A stretch of 58,512 bases of DNA from positions 1 through 58,512 of the IMG/VR virus record IMGVR_UViG_3300037151_000031; one strand, 5' to 3'. Of the stretch, positions 26,163 through 34,151 are shown piece by piece. The translations under genes and the position numbers were made by a program. The number at the start of each line of letters is the position of its first letter. Positions within the stretch are counted from its first letter, which is position 1. This DNA comes from a virus. Lineage: Duplodnaviria > Caudoviricetes. The notes beneath the pieces were generated by a model. It worked only from the letters and a program-made list of their open reading frames with translations. It searched no databases and was not told the DNA's origin.

Positions 26163-26486
26163 TCACGCGGCGGAGGTAACTAGCTCTGGGTATCCGTCGC
26201 CCTCAAGAAACGCCGCGAGTGTCGGGCCAGTCACGCGTTCAATCAACGCACGCTCGCGAGACAGATTGAAACGCACGACGGTCCACACGCCAACGGCCGT
26301 GCGGCTTCGATTGTTCGTCTCGCCCGCCCATCCGTTGAGCACAGGCTCGCCGCTACGGTTTTTCCGCTCGGGAGAAGTGTGGAGCAAGTAGCGCTCACTT
26401 CCTGTGCTCGTGTCCAGAATGCGCGTGAGATATCCCGTTGCGCCCTCTCCCAATACGCTGCCGTAGTAGTCATGGTCGATCCACAT
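26163..26486 (-). CDS. hypothetical protein
   Basis: GAGG RBS; first sizeable ORF after the leftward promoter. Confidence 0.55.
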   Translation of the reverse strand: MWIDHDYYGSVLGEGATGYLTRILDTSTGSERYLLHTSPERKNRSGEPVLNGWAGETNNRSRTAVGVWTVVRFNLSRERALIERVTGPTLAAFLEGDGYPELVTSAA

Positions 26487-26640
26487 GGTCTAGCCTCTCT
26501 AGTGTCGGCTCGAATGCCGCGCACGACGTCCCCCGAGATGGGGGGGCGCCGTACGCGATCGGCGAGCTACGCGCGAGCGGCCCGGCGCGTCATCGGAAAA
26601 GCCTTTCGTTTGTGGGGTGGCGTCCCTTGCTACATGACAG

Positions 26641-26669
26641 AATATACGCGCGGTTCCCGCGCGCGTCAA
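26641..26669 (-). promoter_or_regulatory. leftward sigma70 promoter with palindromic spacer
   Basis: TTGACG-cgcgcgggaaccgcgcg(17)-TATATT. Confidence 0.7.
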
Positions 26670-26689
26670 GCGCCTGCCTAGCTTTTCTT

Positions 26690-27905
26690 ATGTCCGAAGA
26701 GTGGCTGTCGATTTCAGAACTCCGCCCATGGGCGAAAAACCCGCGCAAGAACGATGGAACGCCTGTCGATAAGGTGGCCAGATCCATCGAACGGTTCGGA
26801 TTCGTGGCCCCCATTGTCATATGGCGCAGCGCGGGCCGAATGGTGGCCGGCCACACCAGGCTGAAAGCGCTCACGAAGCTTCTGGCAGCCGACCCCGCCT
26901 TCATCCCGAAAGGCGCGCCTCAAGCCGGCGTGGCCCGAGTGATCTGGCACGAGTTCGAAAGCGAGGAAGAGGCGGACGCATATGCGCTGGCGGACAATCG
27001 CCTCAACCAGGATGCGGCGTGGGACGACAAGCTACTCGCGGAGATCCTTCGCGGCATTGGCCAAGAGCGATCGAAAGCAGCCGGCTTCGACGACAAGGAC
27101 ATCACAGCGCTGCTGGATGCGGGTGAAGGGCCGCCCGAGGAGGACGACGTTCCGGACCTGCCCAAAGACCCCGTCACGAAACCAGGCGACATCTGGCTCC
27201 TCGGCAAGCATCGGCTCGTGTGCGGCGATAGTTGTCAGCCTGCGGTGGTTGCTCACGCAGGGGGGGGGGGCACTCGCGGACCTGCTATGGACCGACCCGC
27301 CGTACAACGTGAGTTACGTGGGCAAGACGAAGGACGCGCTCACCATTGAGAACGACACCATGGCCGACGGAGACTTCCGCCAGTTCCTCGTGGACGCGTT
27401 CAGCGCCGCATCCACCGGCATGCGCGACGGAGCCGTGTTCTACGTCGCACACGCGGACTCGGAAGGCCTCAACTTCCGTGGCTCGGTCCTCGATGTCGGC
27501 TGGAAGCTCGCACAGTGCCTCATCTGGGTGAAGGACCGATTCGTGATGGGGCGTCAGGATTACCACTGGCGTCACGAGCCCATCCTCTACGGCTGGAAGC
27601 TCGGGGCCGGTCACCGGATGCTCGAGGACCGGACTCAGGACACCGTCTGGGAGATCCCGCGTCCAGCCAGAAACGCTCAGCACCCCACGATGAAGCCGCT
27701 GGCGCTCATCGACAGGGCCATCCGGAACTCGTCCAATCGGGGCGACCTCGTCCTGGACACCTTCGCGGGCAGTGGCTCGAGCCTGATCGCATGCGAGGCC
27801 GCCGGGCGATGGTGCGCCGCCGTCGAACTCGACCCGGCATACTGCGACGTCATCGTCGAACGGTGGGAGAACGCCACCGGCGGGAAGGCCAGCAGAGCCA
27901 GCTAG
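26690..27905 (+). pseudogene. ParB/Srx-domain N6A/N4C DNA methyltransferase, frameshifted at G11 (27260-27270)
   Basis: ParB part (NPRKND, SIERFGF, VAGHTRLKA, LADNR, GKHRLVCGDS) and MTase part (TDPPY, HPTMKP, LDTFAGSGS) are in different frames; removing one G joins them. Confidence 0.85.
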
Positions 27906-27980
27906 ACCGCGTCGTTCTCCGGTCGCAAGCCGAGGAACACCTCCAACCCACACCCAAACAGTCACCGGCTTCACCCGACG

Positions 27981-28463
27981 TCAACCGACATCCGGGTGCC
28001 CCATCGACTGCCACTTGGACAGCGGTAGGAAACAGTAGTCGCGCTTCTCCCGGATGCTCCGCTCGAGCTCCGAGGCGCTCACGACCTCGTCCTGGTAGAT
28101 GTGTCGCACATCCCCCCAGCCACGCTCGAGCAGCCCCATCGCCACCTGGAAGTGCCGGTGGCAGTCCCCAGGCGCCTCCTCCATGCACATGAGCATGAGC
28201 GTCCGCCCCTGCACCTCCGACGCATCCCGAAGCCAGTTCAGCCCGTTCTCGGTCACGTGGTTCGTCCCCCGGTTCCCCAGGCAGTCCCCACGCCACTGGT
28301 ACCTGCCCGGACCCAGGAGCGTCTCCAGCTGCCGGCAGCCGAAGCCAGCCTTGCTCCGCCCCTTCCCGCCACGGACGTCCACCAGCTGCGCCCCCAGCGA
28401 CCTCAAGAGCCCGTCCAGGTACGCCGGCGTGATGCGCTGGTAGCCGATGCTGAAGATCATCAA
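27981..28463 (-). CDS. DUF488 family protein
   Basis: IFSIGYQ, LVDVR, LMCMEEAPGDCHRH. Confidence 0.75.
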   Translation of the reverse strand: MMIFSIGYQRITPAYLDGLLRSLGAQLVDVRGGKGRSKAGFGCRQLETLLGPGRYQWRGDCLGNRGTNHVTENGLNWLRDASEVQGRTLMLMCMEEAPGDCHRHFQVAMGLLERGWGDVRHIYQDEVVSASELERSIREKRDYCFLPLSKWQSMGHPDVG

Positions 28464-28542
28464 AAAAGCGTACTACGGCACGCCCAGCTTGACAGGATTT
28501 TCGCGAGGGCCTCTTAATGGCCCAGACGTCCTCTTCATGGCA

Positions 28543-29001
28543 TCACCGCGACATCGGGCCCCAGGCTGGGTACTGCTTCGGAGGTAGTCGCTCGACAGTA
28601 GCGAGGCCGCGGACCCTCACGAGGCGGTCCTTGGTTCGCTGAATCCGTGCGGCCGAGAACTTCCGCCAAGGGATCAGGACGAGCGGGTGTGTGGGTGTCC
28701 AGACGTAGACCTTGATGCCAGCCAGTTCGAGCATCTCGAACATGGCCCGTTGGCACGTTCGGACGTAGTCGTGGGCGCTCTTCACCTCCACGCCGTAGGT
28801 CTTACCGCCTTCGCGGACGAGGAAGTCGGGCCAGCCGTTTCGTGTGATCGTCTTGCCCTTGCTGATGGCCGCCTCAGCGAAACGCTGCTCGACCCGTGTG
28901 CAAGACCACTTCGGGTCATCGTATTGTGCGTCCGACAGATTCTTCAGCTGCGAGGAAAGCCGATCGACCAGGTACTCCTTCTTTTTGCGTAGAATGGTCA
29001 C
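28543..29001 (-). CDS. VRR-NUC-like PD-(D/E)XK nuclease
   Basis: GWPDFLV...GVEVKS...Q...LELAGIKVYV; start uncertain. Confidence 0.7.
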   Translation of the reverse strand: MTILRKKKEYLVDRLSSQLKNLSDAQYDDPKWSCTRVEQRFAEAAISKGKTITRNGWPDFLVREGGKTYGVEVKSAHDYVRTCQRAMFEMLELAGIKVYVWTPTHPLVLIPWRKFSAARIQRTKDRLVRVRGLATVERLPPKQYPAWGPMSR

Positions 29002-29037
29002 GCCGCAAGTCTTACTACGATCCACTACGTTCGCCAG

Positions 29038-29715
29038 ATGAGACGCGTTCGATCGCCCGAGAAGCCGCTGAGTCCGTCTGCCGCCGCCCTGTTGGAGGTC
29101 ACCCGCAAACTCGGACAGGTCAGAATCGTGGCTCAAGAACTGGGGGTGAGCGAAGGGGCCATCCGCCATCTGCTAAACGGTCTCCATGTGCCGAAGCTGC
29201 CATTGCGGCAGAACGCTGCCCGTCTCTGGCAGATCCCGGTTGACGGATGGGAGTTGCCAGAGCCGGCCCCTTCGGCCGAGATAAAGGCGCCTCCCGCCGT
29301 AGTGGAGGCTAGTACGATGCAGCCTGGGGGTCAGGGGGTGGCTACGATCGCCGGACGCGCCGCTGTCCTCGTCGAGTTCGAGACGGAAGCCCTCGCGGCC
29401 TCCTTCCGAGACAAGCTCCACAAGGCAGGCGTGGTCGCGAAGCTCGTGGAGACGAAGACCGACGAGCTTGACCCGAACGCCGGACCGGAGGTCATGGCGG
29501 CCGAGTCGCTGGGGTACCTGCGCGGCGTCGTGCGGGATGCTCCGAAGGGGAGGCAGACTCAGGCGGGGATATCGGCGGCCAAGGCCGTCTTAGATCATGT
29601 CCACGCCATCACACCTCCACCAAAGCGGCTGGAGGACGTTGACGTGCAAGTCAAGCCGACGCTTAGCCTTGAGGACGAGCTCCGTCTCGACGAGGAACGC
29701 GGCGCCCAGCAATGA
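29038..29715 (+). CDS. probable terminase small subunit (N-terminal HTH)
   Basis: IVAQELGVSEGAIRH; directly upstream of the large subunit. Confidence 0.55.
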   Translation: MRRVRSPEKPLSPSAAALLEVTRKLGQVRIVAQELGVSEGAIRHLLNGLHVPKLPLRQNAARLWQIPVDGWELPEPAPSAEIKAPPAVVEASTMQPGGQGVATIAGRAAVLVEFETEALAASFRDKLHKAGVVAKLVETKTDELDPNAGPEVMAAESLGYLRGVVRDAPKGRQTQAGISAAKAVLDHVHAITPPPKRLEDVDVQVKPTLSLEDELRLDEERGAQQ

Positions 29716-29763
29716 TAGACACTTCAGCGGCCGGAGGCGCGACGCTCCGGATGGTCCGGTAGC

Positions 29764-31278
29764 ATGGCTGTCAGCACAGAGGCGCTTCTCGTCGGTCCGC
29801 GCGCGTTTGGGCTGACGACGGCGAGCCCGCTTCAGCGCGCAATCGCGCGAGCGGCGGACGGTCTGCCGCTTGGTGATCTGGCCCATGATCCGGTGGTGTC
29901 CACCGTCTTCGGAGGCCCCGATGTCATCGCCAAACTTCCGAATGAGCCGCCCAAAGAGTTCGTGATCGTAGCGGCCATTCGGTCAGGCAAAAGCCTGTTC
30001 TCTGCGGCGCTGGCGCTGAAGATCGCATTGACGATCGACCTGTCCTTCATCTCTCAGACTGAGATCGCGCGCGTCAGCGTAGTCAGTCTCGACAAGGACA
30101 AGGCGAAGGTTGTCATGCAACATCTCATGGGCGCTCTTGAACGAGAGGGGGGGGCACTTTGCCGGTATCTGGTGAAGAAGCCGAAGGCCACGCAAGATCG
30201 CGTCTTCATCCGTCGCGACGACGGGCGCAAGGTCGAGATCGTCATCGCTGCTGGGAAGGCTGGTGGCGGGTCTCTCGTGAGTCGCTGGACCGTTGCGGCA
30301 ATCTTTGACGAAGCGGCGAGGCAGCAAGGGCAGGCTGACGGCATCGTCAACTATGACGACATGCGAGCCGGAGTCATCGCGAGGCTCTCGCTCGTCAAGG
30401 GTGCGCAGCTCATCGCCGTATCGAGTCCGTGGGCTGCTCGAGGGCCGATCTTCGAGGCCGTGCAATCCTACAAGGGTCCGTCGCAATTCATGGTCCTCGT
30501 GCAAGCGACGGGACCGCAGCTAAATCCACGATTCTGGACGCCCGAAGCATGCGAAACGGTCCGCCTGACGGATGAAGGTGCATACGTGACCGACGTGCTG
30601 GGCCTCTTTGCCGATGCCGAGTCAGGGCTCTTCATCCAATCAGACCTTATCAAGCACACTCGCGAGCACTCGATGACGTTGCCACGTGAAGCTGGATGGC
30701 ACTATTTCGCCGCGCAAGACCCGGCAATCTCGCGCAATGCGTGGACGCTCGTGATCGTTGGATACGCACCGTCTCACGACGGGAATCCAGAAAACGGGCG
30801 TTTCCGCGTCGCTCGCACTAGGCAGTGGCAGGGCAGCACACTCGAGCCGCTGAAGGCAAAGGTGGTGCTGCGAGAGCTTGCGGAGGAGCTCCGCGCATAC
30901 GGTCTTCGCGAAGTACACAGCGACTCGTGGGGTGCGGGTCTCCTTTCGGAACTCGCCGAGGAGTCCAGGCTGACGGTCATCACTGACAGCGACACGACGG
31001 TGCAGAAGGACCAGCGGTGGCTGGACCTGCGCAACCGAGTGATTTCGGGACAGGTCGAACTCTCTCCAGACCCGACTGTGCGCGCAGATCTCCTCAGCGC
31101 ACGGAAGAGGCTCACTGCGAACGGCACGAAGATCGACCTGCCGATCACTCGCGACGGAAGACACGCGGACTTCGCGCCCGCATTGAATCTGGCAATTGGC
31201 AAGGCGGCGCAAGGTCCCGGTTGGGCAGAAATCCTGACTGCATGGCGCGCCAACAATAAGGGCGCACCCGTTTATTGA
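29764..31278 (+). CDS. terL: terminase large subunit
   Basis: AAIRSGKS, AIFDEAA, VSSPW, AAQDPA, RHADFAPA. Confidence 0.85.
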   Translation: MAVSTEALLVGPRAFGLTTASPLQRAIARAADGLPLGDLAHDPVVSTVFGGPDVIAKLPNEPPKEFVIVAAIRSGKSLFSAALALKIALTIDLSFISQTEIARVSVVSLDKDKAKVVMQHLMGALEREGGALCRYLVKKPKATQDRVFIRRDDGRKVEIVIAAGKAGGGSLVSRWTVAAIFDEAARQQGQADGIVNYDDMRAGVIARLSLVKGAQLIAVSSPWAARGPIFEAVQSYKGPSQFMVLVQATGPQLNPRFWTPEACETVRLTDEGAYVTDVLGLFADAESGLFIQSDLIKHTREHSMTLPREAGWHYFAAQDPAISRNAWTLVIVGYAPSHDGNPENGRFRVARTRQWQGSTLEPLKAKVVLRELAEELRAYGLREVHSDSWGAGLLSELAEESRLTVITDSDTTVQKDQRWLDLRNRVISGQVELSPDPTVRADLLSARKRLTANGTKIDLPITRDGRHADFAPALNLAIGKAAQGPGWAEILTAWRANNKGAPVY

Positions 31279-31309
31279 CTCAGCATGAGACGACGCCTAC
31301 CTTATGGCG

Positions 31310-31549
31310 ATGCACAAAGAGTTTACGGTTCACATGCTGAACGATGAGGGGAAGAAGAATGCGCGCGCGATCGCGGAGGCATTCGACGAGCTACTGACGA
31401 AGCTAGAGGCGCTCTGCCCGGTCGGGCGGGAGCTAGCGCTCGTCCGCACCAAGCTCGAGGAGGCGTCGTTCTTCGCGAAGAAGGCGATGGCGTCGTGTCC
31501 GGATCATCTCGTGTCCAACGCGCCCGTTGCCGGAGAACCCGTTCCGTGA
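31310..31549 (+). CDS. Acb2/Tad1-like helical hairpin protein (candidate immune-signal sponge)
   Basis: FTVH...CPVGRELALVRTKLEEASFFAKKAMA. Confidence 0.65.
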   Translation: MHKEFTVHMLNDEGKKNARAIAEAFDELLTKLEALCPVGRELALVRTKLEEASFFAKKAMASCPDHLVSNAPVAGEPVP

Positions 31550-31797
31550 GCTACCGCGTTCACCAGGACGGAAGCATCTCCGCAGACACTGTCGATGAGG
31601 CGGTCGCGTTGTCGCGCGTGCTCATGCTGGAGCGGCGACGCCTGTCGTGTGACACGAAGACCGACGACACGGCGGCGTTTCAGGCTGCAATAGACCAAGC
31701 CATCGGCTCCCCGGAGTGGTGGGCAGCGTTCCACGAGGAGCATGGGCGCGACCCGACGCCGGCAGAGATGAGCGCCGAGGCGAGGAGGAAGTTTTGA
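31546..31797 (+). CDS. hypothetical protein
   Basis: GTGA overlap; C-terminus identical to that of the next ORF. Confidence 0.45.
   Translation: MSYRVHQDGSISADTVDEAVALSRVLMLERRRLSCDTKTDDTAAFQAAIDQAIGSPEWWAAFHEEHGRDPTPAEMSAEARRKF
31703..31797. repeat. 95-bp direct repeat (second copy 32137-32231)
   Basis: tcggctccccggagtggtggg...gaggaagttttga is identical in both. Confidence 0.9.
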
Positions 31798-31799
31798 CG

Positions 31800-31846
31800 C
31801 GGAAACATCGGACTGGCTGGTCGCAAGAGATGGTCGACGCAGCCTG
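31800..31846. repeat. 47-bp direct repeat (second copy 32416-32462)
   Basis: cggaaacatcggactggctggtcgcaagagatggtcgacgcagcctg is identical in both. Confidence 0.9.
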
Positions 31847-32231
31847 CAATCCCGTGTTTACGTGGCCAGAAGCAATCAAGGCGGCGGCCGAGCGCAAGGT
31901 GCGCGAAGAGACGGACCTCGCCATCAACGCGGCCGTCGAGCGTCAGAAGCGAGAGAACAGGTTGCCGTATTCATCGCCGTCCCCGGCATCTCGCCCGGAC
32001 CTCTACGAGTGCGCGAGCTGCATGGCGAAGAGCGGGAGCCCAGCGCTGTGCGATCGGTGCCTGAAGGCGCGAGACATCGCCGGCAAGAATTGGCTCGGCG
32101 GCGCGCTGCACTTCGGCGTCCATTCCGAGCAAGTCGTCGGCTCCCCGGAGTGGTGGGCAGCGTTCCACGAGGAGCATGGGCGCGACCCGACGCCGGCAGA
32201 GATGAGCGCCGAGGCGAGGAGGAAGTTTTGA
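31830..32231 (+). CDS. chimeric hypothetical protein
   Basis: Built partly from the two repeats; CASC...CDRC. Confidence 0.4.
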   Translation: MVDAACNPVFTWPEAIKAAAERKVREETDLAINAAVERQKRENRLPYSSPSPASRPDLYECASCMAKSGSPALCDRCLKARDIAGKNWLGGALHFGVHSEQVVGSPEWWAAFHEEHGRDPTPAEMSAEARRKF

Positions 32232-32238
32232 GAAAGTC

Positions 32239-32619
32239 ATGACCGTGCCCAAGGCGTCGAAGATCTGCCGATGCGGGAAGGTCATGCTGCGTACGAAGGC
32301 GGGGAAGCTCCGCCGAGTGTGCGCGCCATGCGTTCGCGCGAGACATAGTGAGAATCATCGTGTGAAAGGCAGGCGCCGGCGGCAGACGCATCCACATCTC
32401 TATGCGAAATGGAACCGGAAACATCGGACTGGCTGGTCGCAAGAGATGGTCGACGCAGCCTGGAAGACGCAGAAGGGGAAGTGCGCCGGCTGCAACGTGC
32501 AGATGGACCCGAAGGGCAAGCAGTGGAACTCCGTCGCATGCGAGCGCGGGCGGACGACGATGCGGTGCCGGCGATGCCTATTCGGTGCTGCACGTGCGCG
32601 ATCTCGATCCTCGGGCTGA
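32239..32619 (+). pseudogene. endonuclease VII-like protein lacking the DH catalytic segment
   Basis: GWSQEMVDAAWKTQKGKCAGC matches the EndoVII lead-in, but DH.H...RGLLC..CN is missing. Confidence 0.5.
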
Positions 32620-32865
32620 ACGCCATGCAGATCCGGCGCATGTCGTGGCCACTCGACCCGCCATTCGGGCCGATGATCCCGTGGCTGATCGCGACGGGGC
32701 ATGGAGACGCCGTGCTGTGCGAGGTCGACCACTCCGTCGCGTTCGTTCTGCCGGGCGTCATTCAGGGCGCGCAGCTGACTGGCACATGGGTGGCGTGACC
32801 CTTGCGTACAGGCGTCACGCCCGGGGCGTGAGACCGTCACCGGGCACCAACCAAAGGCGAAGACA

Positions 32866-33057
32866 ATGCTCATCATCCTCATCCCGTTGCTCGTTACCGT
32901 CGTGGGCGCGCTCATATACGCGCTCTCTGCGAATCCGAAGCTCGTCATGATGGGATTGATCATGTTCGCAGTCGGACTCTTCTGGACGGTGCGTGACGTA
33001 TCGGACAGCGTCATGTCACTCGGCAGCACCACGCATTCGCGTCACGCCATCGACTGA
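32866..33057 (+). CDS. small two-TM membrane protein (holin candidate)
   Basis: Two hydrophobic segments in 63 aa. Confidence 0.5.
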   Translation: MLIILIPLLVTVVGALIYALSANPKLVMMGLIMFAVGLFWTVRDVSDSVMSLGSTTHSRHAID

Positions 33058-33063
33058 AACGCC

Positions 33064-33861
33064 TCACTCGGCGGCGAGGTCGTCTTCTTCGCCTGGCTCG
33101 TCAGCCTCCTCGAACTCGTCAACGATAGGAGAGGGGGTGCACCGGCACTGAAAATCCCGACCTGCATGCGCGAGTGTGCCGTCGTCGTCCACTTCAGGTG
33201 GATCATCCCAAGAGATGATCTCCCCATCGAGTTCCTCATGTCGCGGCCGCACACGCTCGTCGCCGACTGTCGACCAGCGATATTGGGTGATCCCAGCAGA
33301 GCGCTGGCGATGCTCAGCAATCTGGCTATTCAAACGAAGCGTCTGGTCCCTTGCGATGAGCATCGCCCGGCTCTTCGACACGTCGGTGCGCTCCTGCAGC
33401 GCTTTGCGGATGGACTCGGGCGGCTCGCCTTCGCGCTCCTCGAGCGTCTCGCGAACCTGCTGGAGGAAGTCGCTCGTCGCATTGGCGATGAGTGCCACGT
33501 TCATGCGTCTCGCGTGGTCGATTGCCGCGTCGACGCCGGCGACGTGCTTGACGTGAATGCCGTGGAGGACCGCGGCTGCCTGCGTCTTCGAGTCGACTCC
33601 GGCGGACATCCGGTCGAAGGCGTCCTCGACGCGTGGCTTCTGCCACTTCACCACGCGCTGCAGGAGCTTAGTCCCCAGGCCCGCGGGCGGCTTCTTTGCG
33701 TCCGAGTGGATGGGCGGCGACAGGTGCTCGTGTTCCACGACCTTCATGATGCCGTCGTGGGTGCCGCGCATGATCTGGACGAGGTCGAGCACGTAGCGAG
33801 ACTCGGCGCGCTTCGACGCGCCCCACGCCTTCGCCATGGCCTTCGCGCGCTTGGGCATCAC
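33064..33861 (-). CDS. head morphogenesis protein (SPP1 gp7/Mu gpF family)
   Basis: RAMLIARDQ, YRWSTVGDERVRPRH, GRDFQCRC. Confidence 0.9.
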   Translation of the reverse strand: MMPKRAKAMAKAWGASKRAESRYVLDLVQIMRGTHDGIMKVVEHEHLSPPIHSDAKKPPAGLGTKLLQRVVKWQKPRVEDAFDRMSAGVDSKTQAAAVLHGIHVKHVAGVDAAIDHARRMNVALIANATSDFLQQVRETLEEREGEPPESIRKALQERTDVSKSRAMLIARDQTLRLNSQIAEHRQRSAGITQYRWSTVGDERVRPRHEELDGEIISWDDPPEVDDDGTLAHAGRDFQCRCTPSPIVDEFEEADEPGEEDDLAAE

Positions 33862-34151
33862 TCCTCCGGCGGGTGATTGTCCGGCCGGCTCCCGAGCTTA
33901 CCATCGTGCGGCAGCCAGCCTGGCGTCCCCTTCGGCACGAGGCGCCGGTCGCCGTCGCACCCGAAGATGTCAAGGATCCGTTCCTTGAATCCCTGGCACG
34001 CGTGCGGTGAGAAGTGCTTTGCGGTCGCGGTGACGTTGCGCGGGAACCGAGCGAAGCAAGTGCCAGGCTGACAGAGCACGCACTCGAGCTCGAAGCGAGA
34101 CGCACGCTCGACGCACGTGATCGGATGCTTGTCAGTCGCCACTGCCGCCAC
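33858..34151 (-). CDS. hypothetical protein
   Basis: Fills the gap between portal and gp7 with overlaps. Confidence 0.45.
   Translation of the reverse strand: MAAVATDKHPITCVERASRFELECVLCQPGTCFARFPRNVTATAKHFSPHACQGFKERILDIFGCDGDRRLVPKGTPGWLPHDGKLGSRPDNHPPEE

Noticed and set aside
31703-32462. Diversity-generating retroelement TR/VR pair or att sites
   Set aside because: The copies are identical with no adenine-specific changes, and no reverse transcriptase or integrase is in the window.
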